NCBI GenBank assembly: GCA_947258645.1
Contig: CAMYJL010000007.1
Span: forward strand, 1 to 39,751
DNA length: 39,751 bases
Source: an uncultured Nitrospinota bacterium
Lineage (GTDB): Bacteria > UBA8248
Reading direction: 5' to 3'
Under the pieces are notes generated by a model that was not told where the DNA came from, made no database searches, and saw only the letters and a list, made by a program, of their open reading frames with translations. How positions within the stretch are numbered: position 1 is the first letter of the stretch; every line of letters starts with the position of its first letter. The position numbers and the translations under genes are program-made. Below, one piece after another: positions 8,166 to 18,381 of this stretch.

Positions 8166-9353
8166 TTATTCGGCGTGCCTGATCCGGGGCAGACCGAACG
8201 CCAGAATCGCGCCGATTCCGCCCACGGCGGCACAGGTCAGGGGAAGCACCGTCGAAAGCCCGATCAGGTCGCTCAGGGCGCCCACGCCAATGGTGCTCAT
8301 GCTCGCGAAGAACCAGACCACACCGAGCATGAAGCTCGACACCAGGGCCTTGTGCTCGGGCGAAACTTCCTGCGCGTACGTCACCGAGACGCCCATCGGG
8401 GCGTAGAGAATCGCCCCGGATGCCATCAGGAGAGCGGTCTGTAATATTCCCCCCACCAGGAACGAAGCGCCCAGCACCGGCGTTCCGATGAGCATCCCGC
8501 CGATCATCACGGTGCGCCGCCCAATGCGGTCCGAAAGATGCCCGCCGTAGATCCCCCCGGCGGCGGCCGAGAACAGGAACAGGGTCACCGCCCATCCGCC
8601 CTCGCCAATCGATCCGCCGCCGCGAACGATGTAAAGCGGCATGAACGTCCCGACGCTCATTGTGACTATCGTTCGGGATAGGTTGACGAACCACATGAGG
8701 ATCAACGGGCGCCCCACGCTCTTCAGGGAGCGCAGGGTCTCCCCAAAATTCATGACCGTCGAGCCCGGGCCGCTTTCGATCGACGGGGCGAGGAACAAAT
8801 ACGGAAGACCGATCAAGACGCCAATGGCCCCTCCGATGGGAATGGCGTCCAACCCCCAGTTCGTGACGATGAACGTCGCCCCGGCGGCCCCGAGCCCGAC
8901 GCCGAGACGCCCGCCCGCTACGTAGATGGAAACACCGAGCCCTTTTCGGTTGCCCGAGATCTGGGTCGCAATCACCGAGGCGACCGGATGGAAGCACGCC
9001 GACCCGGTCCCCGCAAACAACAGGAGCAGGAGCATCGCAGGGTAGTTCGGCATGTAGACCAGCAGGGTCATTAACCCCCCGAGAATCGGACCCAGCGCGA
9101 CGAGCCAGCCTTTCCGCACCCGGTCCGAAAAGTAGCCGAAGAGCGGCTGGCCCACCGCCCCAGTGAGCGCGAACATGCTCGAAAGCAGGGCCGCCAGACT
9201 GTCGGTCAGGCTCATCTGCACGATCAGCAGCGGAAGGATCGGAGGAAGAAAGCCGAAATATGAGTCGTTCGCGATATGGAGCAGGACCAGGGAAGAGAGC
9301 CGTCTCTTCTGGACCCGGACGGCTGCTTCGCCGACGCTGGATGCGGATGTCAA
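8166..9353 (-). CDS. MFS transporter (Fsr-like)
   Basis: It has about 12 hydrophobic helices and an MFS loop motif (GYFSDRVRKG and, in the second half, GHLSDRIGRR). The start is TTG with AGGA 7 nt upstream. Confidence 0.85.
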   Translation of the reverse strand: MTSASSVGEAAVRVQKRRLSSLVLLHIANDSYFGFLPPILPLLIVQMSLTDSLAALLSSMFALTGAVGQPLFGYFSDRVRKGWLVALGPILGGLMTLLVYMPNYPAMLLLLLFAGTGSACFHPVASVIATQISGNRKGLGVSIYVAGGRLGVGLGAAGATFIVTNWGLDAIPIGGAIGVLIGLPYLFLAPSIESGPGSTVMNFGETLRSLKSVGRPLILMWFVNLSRTIVTMSVGTFMPLYIVRGGGSIGEGGWAVTLFLFSAAAGGIYGGHLSDRIGRRTVMIGGMLIGTPVLGASFLVGGILQTALLMASGAILYAPMGVSVTYAQEVSPEHKALVSSFMLGVVWFFASMSTIGVGALSDLIGLSTVLPLTCAAVGGIGAILAFGLPRIRHAE

Positions 9354-9401
9354 AACATGATCCTGTCTGATTTCAATCAGAAATCCTTGAGGCGTTTTCG
9401 A

Positions 9402-12056
9402 TCACGCCATTTTTTCGATGATTCCGGGAACGGCGGCGAGCGCTTCGTCCACCTTGCTGACATCCCGTCCACCCGCCTGGGCGAAATCGGGGCGGCCGCC
9501 CCCTTTTCCGCCGACGAGACCTGCCATCTCTTTCACCAGATTCCCGGCGTGCAGACGGCCCGAGAGGTCTTTCGTCACCCCGGCGGCGATGGACACCTTG
9601 CCGTCCGTCACGGAGACGATGACCGCCACCCCGCTCTTGAGGTTTCCCTTCGCGGCGTCGATCAGCCCCCGCATGCCCCCCGGCTCGAGACCGTCCCGCC
9701 GGGTGGCGAGGACTTTCACGCCACCCACCTCCCGTGCCTGATCGACGAGATCACCCACCTCGTCGCGCGACTGCCTGTCGCGGAGCTGGCGCAGATCGCG
9801 CTCGAGGGCGCGGTTTTCCTCCAGAAGCTGGCGGACGCGGCCCGCCTCCTCATAGGGCGCCGACTTCGTCAACTCGGCGATCTCCGCCAGAATGTTCTGC
9901 TCCCGCCGCATGAGCGCCAGCGCGGTCTCGCCCGTCGCGCATTCCAAGCGGCGCACGCCGGAGGCGACGCTTCCCTCGTGCATGATGCGGAAGAGGCCGA
10001 TATCGCCAGCGGCGTTCGTGTGCGTCCCGCCGCAAAGTTCCTTGCTGAATTCGCCGACCGAAACGACTCGGACCTCTTCGCCATAGCGTTCGCCGAAGAG
10101 CGCCGTCGCCCCCGCCTCGAGCGCTTCATCGATGGACATGACCTTGGTGGAGACCTTCGCGTTCTCGCGGACGCGCTGGTTCACGATGTCCTCGATGCGC
10201 TCTTTTTCACGGGGGGTCATCTGCGAAAAATGCGTGAAGTCGAACCGGAGGCGGCCGGGAGAGAGGTGCGAGCCCGCCTGCTTGACATGATCGCCCAGAA
10301 CCTGGCGTAGCGCGTAGTGGAGGATGTGGGTGGCCGTGTGGTTCAGCTCGAGCGCCCCGCGACGTTCCCTGTCGACGGCGGCCTCGACACTCTGGCCGGC
10401 CCGGAGGGTGCCGCGCTCCACGCGGACGCGGTGGGCATAAACGTCGGGCAAGGGCTTCTGGGTGTCGAGCACGTCGGCCGAGCCCTCGGGCCAGGTGAGC
10501 CTGCCGTGGTCGCCCTCCTGGCCGCCGGATTCGCCGTAGAAGGGTGTCCTCGTGAGGACGACCTCGACCACATCCCCCTCGGCGGCGGCGTCCCGGCCCT
10601 CGCCGCTCTCGACGATCGCCACGACCTCCGCCGTCTCGCTCTGGCTTCCGTAACCGGTGAAAACCGTCGCGCCGGATTTTTCCCGAATCTCGTGCCAGAT
10701 CGGGAAAACAGCCTCCGCCCCCGAGCCTTTCCAGTGCGCCCGGGCGCGTTCGCGCTGCTGATTCATGGCCGCATCGAAGCCGGCCTGATCGATCTCGAGG
10801 CCGTAAGAGTCGGCTGTTTCAATAGCAAGATCTAAGGGATATCCATAGGTGTCATGCAGGATGAACACTTCCTCGCCCAGCACCACCGATGACCCGGCGT
10901 CCTTCGTCGCTATGCTGAGCTCGTCCATGCGCGGCTGGCCGAGGCCCAGCGTGTGCGCGAAGCGCTCCTCCTCGCCGAGGGTCACGCGGGCGATGAAGTT
11001 CAGGCTCTCTCGAAGCTCGGGAAAGGCTTCGCCCATCATCTCGGCGACCACGGTGGTCGCCCGGTGGAGGAAGGGCTCCTCGATGCCCAGCATCCGGCCG
11101 TGGCGCATGGCGCGGCGCGCAATTTGGCGGAGGACGTAGCCCCGCCCCTCGTTACTGGGAAGAATGCCATCGGCCACGAGGAAGCTGACCGAGCGGATGT
11201 GGTCCGCGATGACGCGGAAGGAAACGTCGGCATCCGGGCTCGGGCTCTCTTTTTCCTTTCCGGCGTAGGACTTTCCGCAGAGCTCTTCCACGAACCCGAT
11301 GACCGGCATGAGCAGGTCGGTGTGGAAGTTGCTCTCTTCTTTCTGCAGGACCGCCGCCAGGCGCTCAAGTCCCATGCCCGTATCGACGGAGGGCTTGGGA
11401 AGGGGGTTCATCGCCCCCGAGGCGTCCCGGTCGAACTGCATGAAGACGAGGTTCCATAGCTCGAGGAAGCGATCGCCGTCCTCGTCGGGGCTTCCGGGCG
11501 GCCCGCCGGGGATATGAGACCCCTGGTCGTAGATGAGCTCCGAGCAGGGACCGCAGGGCCCCGTGTCTCCCATCGACCAGAAGTTGTCCTTCTCATCGCA
11601 GCGGAGGATTCGATCGGGCGGGACGCCCACGACCTTCTGCCAGAGCTCCGCAGCCTCGTCGTCCTCGCGGAAGACTGTGACCCATATCCGATCGCCGTCC
11701 AGCCCGGCGCGATCGACGAGAAACTCCCATGCGAACTCGACCGCTTTTTCCTTGAAGTAATCGCCGAAGGAGAAGTTCCCCAGCATTTCGAAAAACGTGT
11801 GGTGACGGGCCGTTCGGCCGACGTTTTCGAGGTCGTTGTGTTTTCCGCTGACGCGCAGGCACTTCTGTGAGCTCGTCGCCCGGTTGTAGTCCCGGCGCTC
11901 CAGCCCGGTGAAAACGTCCTTGAACTGGACCATCCCGGCGTTCGTGAAAAGAAGCGTGGGGTCGTTGTGGGGCACGAGAGCGGAGCTGCGGACAATTCGG
12001 TGTTCCTTGTCAGCAAAATAGTCCAGAAACATCCGCCGGATTTCATTTCCGGTCAT
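9402..12056 (-). CDS. alaS: Alanine--tRNA ligase
   Basis: Motifs are FTNAGMVQFK, HHTFFEMLGNFSFGDYFK and the editing-site HTATHILH. Length is 884 aa. The ATG has GGAGG upstream. Confidence 0.97.
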   Translation of the reverse strand: MTGNEIRRMFLDYFADKEHRIVRSSALVPHNDPTLLFTNAGMVQFKDVFTGLERRDYNRATSSQKCLRVSGKHNDLENVGRTARHHTFFEMLGNFSFGDYFKEKAVEFAWEFLVDRAGLDGDRIWVTVFREDDEAAELWQKVVGVPPDRILRCDEKDNFWSMGDTGPCGPCSELIYDQGSHIPGGPPGSPDEDGDRFLELWNLVFMQFDRDASGAMNPLPKPSVDTGMGLERLAAVLQKEESNFHTDLLMPVIGFVEELCGKSYAGKEKESPSPDADVSFRVIADHIRSVSFLVADGILPSNEGRGYVLRQIARRAMRHGRMLGIEEPFLHRATTVVAEMMGEAFPELRESLNFIARVTLGEEERFAHTLGLGQPRMDELSIATKDAGSSVVLGEEVFILHDTYGYPLDLAIETADSYGLEIDQAGFDAAMNQQRERARAHWKGSGAEAVFPIWHEIREKSGATVFTGYGSQSETAEVVAIVESGEGRDAAAEGDVVEVVLTRTPFYGESGGQEGDHGRLTWPEGSADVLDTQKPLPDVYAHRVRVERGTLRAGQSVEAAVDRERRGALELNHTATHILHYALRQVLGDHVKQAGSHLSPGRLRFDFTHFSQMTPREKERIEDIVNQRVRENAKVSTKVMSIDEALEAGATALFGERYGEEVRVVSVGEFSKELCGGTHTNAAGDIGLFRIMHEGSVASGVRRLECATGETALALMRREQNILAEIAELTKSAPYEEAGRVRQLLEENRALERDLRQLRDRQSRDEVGDLVDQAREVGGVKVLATRRDGLEPGGMRGLIDAAKGNLKSGVAVIVSVTDGKVSIAAGVTKDLSGRLHAGNLVKEMAGLVGGKGGGRPDFAQAGGRDVSKVDEALAAVPGIIEKMA

Positions 12057-12106
12057 TTCGGGTGGTGCCTCCTTCCGGTTTCGCGTTCGCTGCCCGCGTT
12101 CGCCCG

Positions 12107-12616
12107 CTATTGCGGCGTCGTCTCCATCGGGCCCGACTTCATCTTCGGCGCGATGATTTCCTTCTCCCTGATCGTGCTTCGCTCTCCGCCTTGTTCGATC
12201 ACGCGGCGACCCCGGCGGATGATCACCTTGTCCTGGAAAGCGCCGCCATACTCGATCACTTCGTCCTCCACGCGCAAGACGCTATCGGATTTCTTCCGCG
12301 CGGATCGCGCTTTCTTTCTTTTTTTTCGGCTGACCTTCGCCCGTTTTTGCAGCTCAAGGCAGGCCTTCCCGTCCCCCGCGCTGGCCGAGCGAACCTCCCA
12401 TCCTCGCAGGGTGAAGTCGATCTCGCCGGCCCGCCCGGACTTATCGACAAAACGGATTCTCAGGCCCCGGCGCGTCCGATCGGCCCGGATCTCCCCGCCG
12501 GGGTTGCACAGGTGAAGAAGCCTGCCGCCCGCGCCCTCGGCCGGGCCGGAAAAAAGCGCCCAGGCGAGAACCGCCCCCAGCAGGCCTGCCGGGAGAATGG
12601 TTCTCCCCGCCCGCAC
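12107..12616 (-). CDS. Hypothetical secreted protein with a poly-basic centre
   Basis: It has a signal-peptide-like N-terminus (RTILPAGLLGAVLAWALFSGPAEG), a KVSRKKRKKARSARKK stretch, and G/C-rich third positions. The start is GTG 12616, or TTG 12622 overlapping the mutase stop. The longer ORF start at 12823 would lie inside the mutase gene. Confidence 0.6.
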   Translation of the reverse strand: MRAGRTILPAGLLGAVLAWALFSGPAEGAGGRLLHLCNPGGEIRADRTRRGLRIRFVDKSGRAGEIDFTLRGWEVRSASAGDGKACLELQKRAKVSRKKRKKARSARKKSDSVLRVEDEVIEYGGAFQDKVIIRRGRRVIEQGGERSTIREKEIIAPKMKSGPMETTPQ

Positions 12617-12618
12617 AG

Positions 12619-14280
12619 TCAAATTTCCACTTTTTCTTGATAGAGGCCGAACACCTTGCGCATGACGGACGAAATCTCGCCCACCGTGGCGTAAGCCTTC
12701 ACGGCGTCCAGAATGAACGGCAACAGGTTCTCCCCGCCCCCGGCGGCACCCTCCAGCCGCGAAAGCCGGGCCGCGACCTCCGCCCCATCCCGTCTTTTTC
12801 TGAGGGCCGCCAGCCGTTCGCATTGTTCCCGCTCAACCTCGGGCCGGATATGAAGCGTGGGGATCGGCGTCTCCTCCTTGGCGACATACCGGTTCACGCC
12901 CACGACAACGTTCCGGCCCTCATCGATGCCCCGCTGGGCCTGATAGGCGCTCTCCTGAACCTCGCGCTGCACCCATCCCCGCTCGATGGCGCGCAGCATG
13001 CCGCCCATCCCGTCGATCTGCTCGATGACCTCCCGCGCGCGCCGCTCGATCTCGTCCGTCAGCGCCTCGACCGCGTACGCGCCTGCGCACGGGTCCACCG
13101 TCTCGGCGACGTGGGTCTCCTCGGCCAGAATCTGCTGGGTGCGCAAAGCAAGCCGCACGGCCCCCTCTGTCGGAAGGGAAAGCGCCTCGTCCATCGAATT
13201 CGTGTGGAGCGATTGCGCCCCGCCAAGGACGGCGGCCATCGCCTGAATCGCCACCCGGACGACGTTGTTCCTCGGCTGCTGCGCCGTGAGGGAACTCCCC
13301 GCCGTCTGGGCGTGAAACCGGAGCATGCAGGCCTCCTCGGATTTCGCGCCGAAGCGCTCCCGCATGATCCGGGCCCAGAGCCGCCGGGCGGCGCGGAACT
13401 TGGCGATTTCTTCCGTGAAGTGGTTGTGCACGTTAAAGAAAAACGAAAGCTGCCTTCCGATACCGTCCACGTCGAGCCCGGCGTCCCGGGCGGCCTGCAC
13501 ATAAGTGATCCCATCCGCAAGGGTGAAGGCCACCTCCTGCACCGCCGTCGAACCCGCCTCGCGGATGTGATAGCCGCTGATGGAAATGGCGTTCCACTTC
13601 GGAACCCGCTCCTTGCAAAACGCGATCGTGTCGGTGATGAGCCGGAGGCTGGGCCCGGGCGGATAGATGTAGGTTCCCCGGGCGATGTATTCCTTGAGGA
13701 TGTCGTTCTGAACCGTTCCCCGGATTGCCTCGGGCGGCACGCCCCGTTTTTCCGCCGCCGCGATGTAGAGGCAAAGGAGGATGGCTGCCGTCGCGTTGAT
13801 CGTCATCGAGGTCGATATCTTGTCGAGTGGAAGTCCCTCGAGGAGAATCTCCATGTCTTCGAGAGAGCAGATGGACACGCCGACCTTGCCGACTTCCCCG
13901 AAGGCGGAGGCGTGGTCGGCGTCGAATCCGATCTGGGTCGGGAGGTCGAAAGCCACCGAGATTCCCATCTGGCCCTGCGACATGAGGTAGCGGTAGCGCT
14001 CGTTGCTCTCCCGGGCGGTGCCGAACCCGGCATACTGGCGCATGGTCCAGAGGCGGCCCCGGTACATGTTGGCCCGAACGCCCCGCGTATAGGGAAATTC
14101 GCCCGGATACCCGATCTGCTCCGCGAAATCGCCGTCCTTGAGGTCGCCAGGCCCGTAGAAAGGCTCGAGGGGTATCCCGGAAGGGGTGGAACGGGCGCTC
14201 CCCTCCCGCCGCCGCCCATCGCTTGATGGGGCGCCCAGCTTTCCGGCCACCTGCCGCTGGCTGATGCCCGTTTCCGCCAT
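12619..14280 (-). CDS. Methylmalonyl-CoA mutase family protein, catalytic (substrate-binding TIM barrel) subunit only
   Basis: Motifs are [51 protein letters not shown] and [15 protein letters not shown] 14280 has AAGGA upstream. Length is about 553 aa, with no C-terminal B12-binding domain. Confidence 0.9.
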   Translation of the reverse strand: MAETGISQRQVAGKLGAPSSDGRRREGSARSTPSGIPLEPFYGPGDLKDGDFAEQIGYPGEFPYTRGVRANMYRGRLWTMRQYAGFGTARESNERYRYLMSQGQMGISVAFDLPTQIGFDADHASAFGEVGKVGVSICSLEDMEILLEGLPLDKISTSMTINATAAILLCLYIAAAEKRGVPPEAIRGTVQNDILKEYIARGTYIYPPGPSLRLITDTIAFCKERVPKWNAISISGYHIREAGSTAVQEVAFTLADGITYVQAARDAGLDVDGIGRQLSFFFNVHNHFTEEIAKFRAARRLWARIMRERFGAKSEEACMLRFHAQTAGSSLTAQQPRNNVVRVAIQAMAAVLGGAQSLHTNSMDEALSLPTEGAVRLALRTQQILAEETHVAETVDPCAGAYAVEALTDEIERRAREVIEQIDGMGGMLRAIERGWVQREVQESAYQAQRGIDEGRNVVVGVNRYVAKEETPIPTLHIRPEVEREQCERLAALRKRRDGAEVAARLSRLEGAAGGGENLLPFILDAVKAYATVGEISSVMRKVFGLYQEKVEI

Positions 14281-14427
14281 GAAACCGTCCTTTCCACCGA
14301 TAAGCCCGTAATCGGGGCCAGCCCCCAAGGGGCGGATCGTCCTCAAAATGGCGATCCGGAACATGGAAAATATCACACTCCCCGGCCCGCCCGCCAGCTT
14401 TCACGGCGGCCGGGGATTATTCAAATA

Positions 14428-14456
14428 TTTAAAAATCAATGAGTTCAGGCTAAAAT
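14428..14456 (+). promoter_or_regulatory. Candidate sigma70-type promoter producing a leaderless Lon-N-domain mRNA
   Basis: TTTAAA (14428-14433), a 17-nt spacer, then TAAAAT (14451-14456). The ATG at 14463 is 6 nt after the -10 box, and there is no Shine-Dalgarno sequence. Confidence 0.3.
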
Positions 14457-14462
14457 AGCCCC

Positions 14463-15092
14463 ATGAAAAACGACCCGCTCCCCCTTTTTCCGCTCCATGT
14501 GGTCCTTCTCCCCGAGGAGATCCTCCCGCTCCATATATTTGAGGAGCGCTACAAGGAGATGATCGAGATGTGTCAGAACGAGGGCCTCCCGTTCGGTGTC
14601 GTCCTGGCGGAAGAAAGCGGCATTCGGCAGATCGGCTGCACCGCCCGGATCGCCGAGGTCACCCAGAAATTTCCGGACGGGCGGATGAACATCGTCACCC
14701 GGGGAGAGGAGCGGTTCCGCATTCGCCAGACCTATGATGAAAAATCCTATCTGACAGCCGAGGTGGAATTATTCGGGGACTCCGAGGCGGAGCCGCCTTC
14801 AGAAAACCTCGTGAACGAGGTCGTCCAGGCGTTCCGGGCCAACACGAAAAACCCGGATTTTCTCTCTGAAGATTTGATCGAAAACCCCGCCCGCCTCTCT
14901 TTCATCATCGGGGCGGCGCTCCAGCTGCCCCTCCGGGACAAGCAGGCGTTTCTCGAAAGCGATTCGCCGGGGGAGCGGCTTCGCAGCCTCGTCAGATTGA
15001 TTCAGGAAAAACGACACCGCAACGAGCAGGCCTCAGGCCTGAACGAAGCGGCCGCCCGGAACGGCCACCCGAAGAAAAGCCAGGGGTCCTAA
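14463..15092 (+). CDS. Stand-alone LON substrate-binding (Lon N-terminal) domain protein
   Basis: LPLFPLHVVLLPEEILPLHIFEERYKEM matches the Lon N-domain start. Length is 209 aa, with no AAA+ or protease domain. Confidence 0.85.
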   Translation: MKNDPLPLFPLHVVLLPEEILPLHIFEERYKEMIEMCQNEGLPFGVVLAEESGIRQIGCTARIAEVTQKFPDGRMNIVTRGEERFRIRQTYDEKSYLTAEVELFGDSEAEPPSENLVNEVVQAFRANTKNPDFLSEDLIENPARLSFIIGAALQLPLRDKQAFLESDSPGERLRSLVRLIQEKRHRNEQASGLNEAAARNGHPKKSQGS

Positions 15093-15871
15093 TTTTCCTC
15101 CCGGATCCGGATTCGCTCGATGGAGCGGGCCCGGCCGCTCGTCGGATCGACCTCCAACACCGCGCCGTTGACCTGACCCGCCCCGCCGGCCACTTCGAAG
15201 CGCCGGGGAACGCCGGTCAGAAATTTATCCACCGCCAGCTCGGTCTTGATCCCGATGACGGAGTCGACGGGCCCCGTCATGCCCGCGTCGGACATGTAGG
15301 CCGTGCCGCCCGGAAGGACGATTTCGTCCGCCGTCTGGATGTGGGTGTGCGTTCCGACGACGGCGCTCACGCGCCCATCCAGAAATCGGCCGAGGGCGAC
15401 CTTCTCGCTTGTCGCCTCGGCATGAAAATCGACGAAGATGACGCGGGCCTTGGAGCCAATCTGCTTGAGAATCCGCTCCGCCTCTTGAAACGGACATTCC
15501 ACCGGCGGCATGAAAACCCGGCCCATGAGGTTGATGACGGCCACGGGCCCTGCGGGCGTTTCCGCCACATAAAAGCCGTTCCCGGGCGCCCGGGACGGAT
15601 AGTTGGCGGGCCGCAGCAGCCGGGGCTCGCGCATCATCAAATCCCCGGCTTCCTTGCGATTCCAGATGTGGTTTCCGGAGGTGATAACGTCGGCGCCAGC
15701 CTCAAGCAAACCTTCGGCGTTTTCTTCCGTGATCCCGAATCCGCCGGCGGCGTTCTCGCCGTTGACCACGCAAAAATCGGCCTTGTGCTCCTCGCGCAGG
15801 GCGGGTAGATGCATGGTCACCATGCGGCGACCGACCCGGCCGTTCACATCCCCGATGAAAATGATCTTCAA
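15089..15871 (-). CDS. ymdB: YmdB-family metallophosphoesterase (2',3'-cyclic-nucleotide phosphodiesterase)
   Basis: Motifs are MKIIFIGDVNGRVGR, NGENAAGGFGIT, SGNHIWN, VDFHAEATSEK and GTHTH. The start is TTG, 15 nt after the rny stop. Confidence 0.9.
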   Translation of the reverse strand: MKIIFIGDVNGRVGRRMVTMHLPALREEHKADFCVVNGENAAGGFGITEENAEGLLEAGADVITSGNHIWNRKEAGDLMMREPRLLRPANYPSRAPGNGFYVAETPAGPVAVINLMGRVFMPPVECPFQEAERILKQIGSKARVIFVDFHAEATSEKVALGRFLDGRVSAVVGTHTHIQTADEIVLPGGTAYMSDAGMTGPVDSVIGIKTELAVDKFLTGVPRRFEVAGGAGQVNGAVLEVDPTSGRARSIERIRIREEN

Positions 15872-15886
15872 GATGGCTATCTTAAT

Positions 15887-17476
15887 CTATCGCGCGGTCG
15901 CGGTGTGGCGGGTCTCCCGGATGACGGTGACCAGGATTTCGCCGGGATAGGTTCGCTCTTCTTCGATGCGCTTGGCGATGTCGCGCGCCAGGAAAGAAGC
16001 CTGGGCATCGGTGATCTCGTCCGGGGTGACCGCCACGCGAATCTCTCTGCCCGCCTGGATGGCGTAGCACTTCTCCACCCCCTTGAAGGACTCGGCGATA
16101 CCCTCCAGCGCCTCGAGGCGCTTGATATAGCTCTGCACCATCTCCCGGCGGGCGCCCGGACGAGCGGCGGAAAGAGTGTCCGCCGCCTTGACGAGAACGG
16201 ATTCGATGCAGTTGGCCTCCTCATCCTCGTGGTGAGACATGATGGCATTCAATACCTGATCGGGCTCGTTGTACCGCTTGGCCAGGTCGTAACCGATTTG
16301 CACGTGTGATCCTTCAACCTCGTGGGTCGCAGCTTTTCCGATGTCGTGCAGGAGTCCGGCGCGCTTGGCCATGGTCGGATCGATGCGGAGCTCGGAGGCC
16401 AGCATCCCGCACAAATGCGCGACTTCCTTGGAATGGAGGAGGATGTTCTGGCGATAGCTCGTCCGGTAATGGAGGCGGCCGATCAGCCACACGAGCTCGG
16501 TGTGAATGCCTTCGAGGCCCAACTCGAAGATCGCCTGCTCTCCGGCCTCCCGGATCCGGCCGTCCACCTCTTTTCTGGTTTTGCTCACAACATCCTCGAT
16601 ACGGCCAGGGTGGATCCGTCCGTCGTGGACGAGCAATTCCAGAGAAAGCCGCGCCGTCTCTCTCCGTACGTTATCGAAGCAGGATATCACCACCGCTTCG
16701 GGCGTATCGTCGATGATGACGTCCACGCCCGTGGCCATCTCGAGGGCACGGATGTTGCGTCCCTCGCGGCCGATGATCCGCCCCTTCATCTCGTCCGAGG
16801 GCAGGTCCACGACGCTGACGACGCTCTCGGCGATGTGATCGTTGGAATACCGCTCGACCGCCAGGGCCACCATCTTCTGCGCTTCGCGTTCGACGTTTTC
16901 CTTCGCGGTCTGTTCCATGCGCTGGATCGTGGCGGCGATGTCCTGCTTGGCCTCGTCGAGGAAGCGATCCATCAGCTCCTGTTTGGCCGACTCGGCGCTC
17001 ATGCCGGCGACCTCCTCGAGCTTCTGGATCTCCTGGCCCTGCAGCTCTTTGTAGCGGGCCAACTCCTGGCGAACCTCTTCCTCGCGCTCGCCGAGCCGCT
17101 GCTCGCGCTGCGCCAGCGTTCCCTCCTTGGAGTCCAGCGACTCCCGCCGCTTGTCGAGCGTCTCCTCCCGCTGGAGGATGCGCCGTTCCATCTTCTGTAT
17201 CTCTTCCACGCGGGAGCGGTTTTCGCGCTCTATATCTTCGCGCTGTCGGAGTATTTCGGCCTTCTGCGCAACCTCCGCCTCCTTCATGCGCCGGCCCAGC
17301 TCTTTCTCCGACGCCGCTTCCATCTGCCGGACGCGCTCGTCAAATTCCTTCCGCGCGCTTTCGAGCGCTTCGGCCTGCTTTTGGCTGAATTTTTTACTGG
17401 ATATAAAGGACACCACCAGGGCGGCCACCACCGCTCCGACCCCACCGGCGACTAGCATCAATACATTGGGATTCAT
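15887..17476 (-). CDS. rny: Ribonuclease Y
   Basis: It has an N-terminal TM helix, a long charged coiled coil, a KH domain ([15 protein letters not shown]) and an HD domain (LLHDIGKA). AGGAG lies 6 nt upstream of the ATG. Confidence 0.95.
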   Translation of the reverse strand: MNPNVLMLVAGGVGAVVAALVVSFISSKKFSQKQAEALESARKEFDERVRQMEAASEKELGRRMKEAEVAQKAEILRQREDIERENRSRVEEIQKMERRILQREETLDKRRESLDSKEGTLAQREQRLGEREEEVRQELARYKELQGQEIQKLEEVAGMSAESAKQELMDRFLDEAKQDIAATIQRMEQTAKENVEREAQKMVALAVERYSNDHIAESVVSVVDLPSDEMKGRIIGREGRNIRALEMATGVDVIIDDTPEAVVISCFDNVRRETARLSLELLVHDGRIHPGRIEDVVSKTRKEVDGRIREAGEQAIFELGLEGIHTELVWLIGRLHYRTSYRQNILLHSKEVAHLCGMLASELRIDPTMAKRAGLLHDIGKAATHEVEGSHVQIGYDLAKRYNEPDQVLNAIMSHHEDEEANCIESVLVKAADTLSAARPGARREMVQSYIKRLEALEGIAESFKGVEKCYAIQAGREIRVAVTPDEITDAQASFLARDIAKRIEEERTYPGEILVTVIRETRHTATAR

Positions 17477-17490
17477 CAGGAACTCCTAGT

Positions 17491-18165
17491 TTATGTAAAC
17501 GGGAGACATTGAATCGCCTCCCGGCTGGTGACAACCCAGTCCATGCGGGCGTCGAAGGGCTCCGAGGGCAGGGACCGATCCCACGCCAGTTGAAACTCGA
17601 AGCCCGCGCCCATCAGCAGGGGCCGCGGCCCGCCGGAAGCGGCCCACCGGTCGTAATAACCCGCTCCCGAGCCGATGCGAGCACCGAAGATGTCGAAAGC
17701 CAGCCCCGGCGCGATCACCACTTCGAGTGAGCCAGAAGGCGCGGACAGAGCTTCCGCGGAAGGGGCGGGTATGCCAAACGCATCCGGCTGGAGATCGTGT
17801 TCCGGATCCCGCGCCAGATGGAACGTCATGCCGTTCCCCGATACGCGGGGAAAATAATATGCCCTGGCAGGGACGGCGCCGCTCTTTTTCCAAAGCCAGG
17901 AGAGGTCGGCCTCGCCTCGAACGGGGGCGTAAACGCCAACCGCGCCCGCTCCAAGTACCCCGAGCAATCCATCCAGACGGCGGCAGATCAGCTGGCTCAG
18001 CTTCCGATGGCATTCGGTCGAAAGCGAACGGCGCAAGGCACTCATCCGCTCCCGCCATATTTTCTTCTCCGATGAACTTCCCCCTTGTGGGGAACCTTTC
18101 AATTGCGCCTCCGAACCCTTGTGCACACCGGCGGCGTAAACGCTCCCTCTCTGCACCCGGGACAT
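17491..18165 (-). CDS. 5-formyltetrahydrofolate cyclo-ligase
   Basis: Motifs are GLAFDIFGARIGSGAGYYDRW and VGVYAPVRGEADL. The start is uncertain. ATG 18165 is the first start codon clear of the 6S RNA. TTG 18102 has GGAGG 5 nt upstream and would give a family-typical ~203 aa. The starts at 18189 and 18258 fall inside the 6S RNA. Confidence 0.85.
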   Translation of the reverse strand: MSRVQRGSVYAAGVHKGSEAQLKGSPQGGSSSEKKIWRERMSALRRSLSTECHRKLSQLICRRLDGLLGVLGAGAVGVYAPVRGEADLSWLWKKSGAVPARAYYFPRVSGNGMTFHLARDPEHDLQPDAFGIPAPSAEALSAPSGSLEVVIAPGLAFDIFGARIGSGAGYYDRWAASGGPRPLLMGAGFEFQLAWDRSLPSEPFDARMDWVVTSREAIQCLPFT

Positions 18166-18178
18166 GGCGGGAGCGGAG

Positions 18179-18381
18179 AGGGAATTCATATAAATGCCCC
18201 GCCAAATGCCGTGTGCCGAGAGCGTTTGATCCCCAGCGATAGCTAGGTGGGCGCCCAAGCCACGGCTTTAGGCTCACTCCTGGGAGTAGCACACCACCGT
18301 GGGTAAGAGCTCCCGAATCAAACAATACTGGGTCAAAATGCTCGTCAACATCACGCACATCGCAGGGCAAACCAAGTCCCT
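18179..18381 (-). ncRNA. ssrS: 6S RNA
   Basis: The position between zapA and the cyclo-ligase matches E. coli zapA-ssrS-ygfA. The long interrupted closing helix pairs 18368-18328 (GCCCUGCGAUGUGCG..GACGAGCAUUUUGACCCAG) with 18236-18196 (CUGGGGAUCAAACGCUCUCGGCACACGGCAUUUGGCGGGGC). There is an unpaired central region and an internal or terminal hairpin (CCCACGG/CCGUGG, GCUACUCC/GGAGUGAGC). An extended -10 TGgCATAAT sits at 18396-18388. The ends are approximate (+/-15 nt); the core is 18196-18368. Confidence 0.7.

Noticed and set aside
9276-10310. A 344-aa ORF (and 10317..10835, 10953..11459) antisense to alaS.
   Set aside because: These are antisense artefacts opposite a 884-aa gene with full AlaRS motifs.
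12637-14226. A 529-aa ORF antisense to the mutase gene, together with 13433..14404 and 13059..13520.
   Set aside because: These are the same GC-driven artefact. The mutase frame carries unmistakable family motifs; the others are low-complexity R/P/G-rich.
16322-17455. A 377-aa ORF antisense to rny.
   Set aside because: It is the mirror frame of a highly charged coiled-coil gene. It has no motifs and no SD.
18190-18370. N-terminal run-ons of ORFs 17491..18258 and 17486..18370.
   Set aside because: This stretch is better explained as 6S RNA, from its structure, promoter and synteny. Cyclo-ligase homology starts well downstream.
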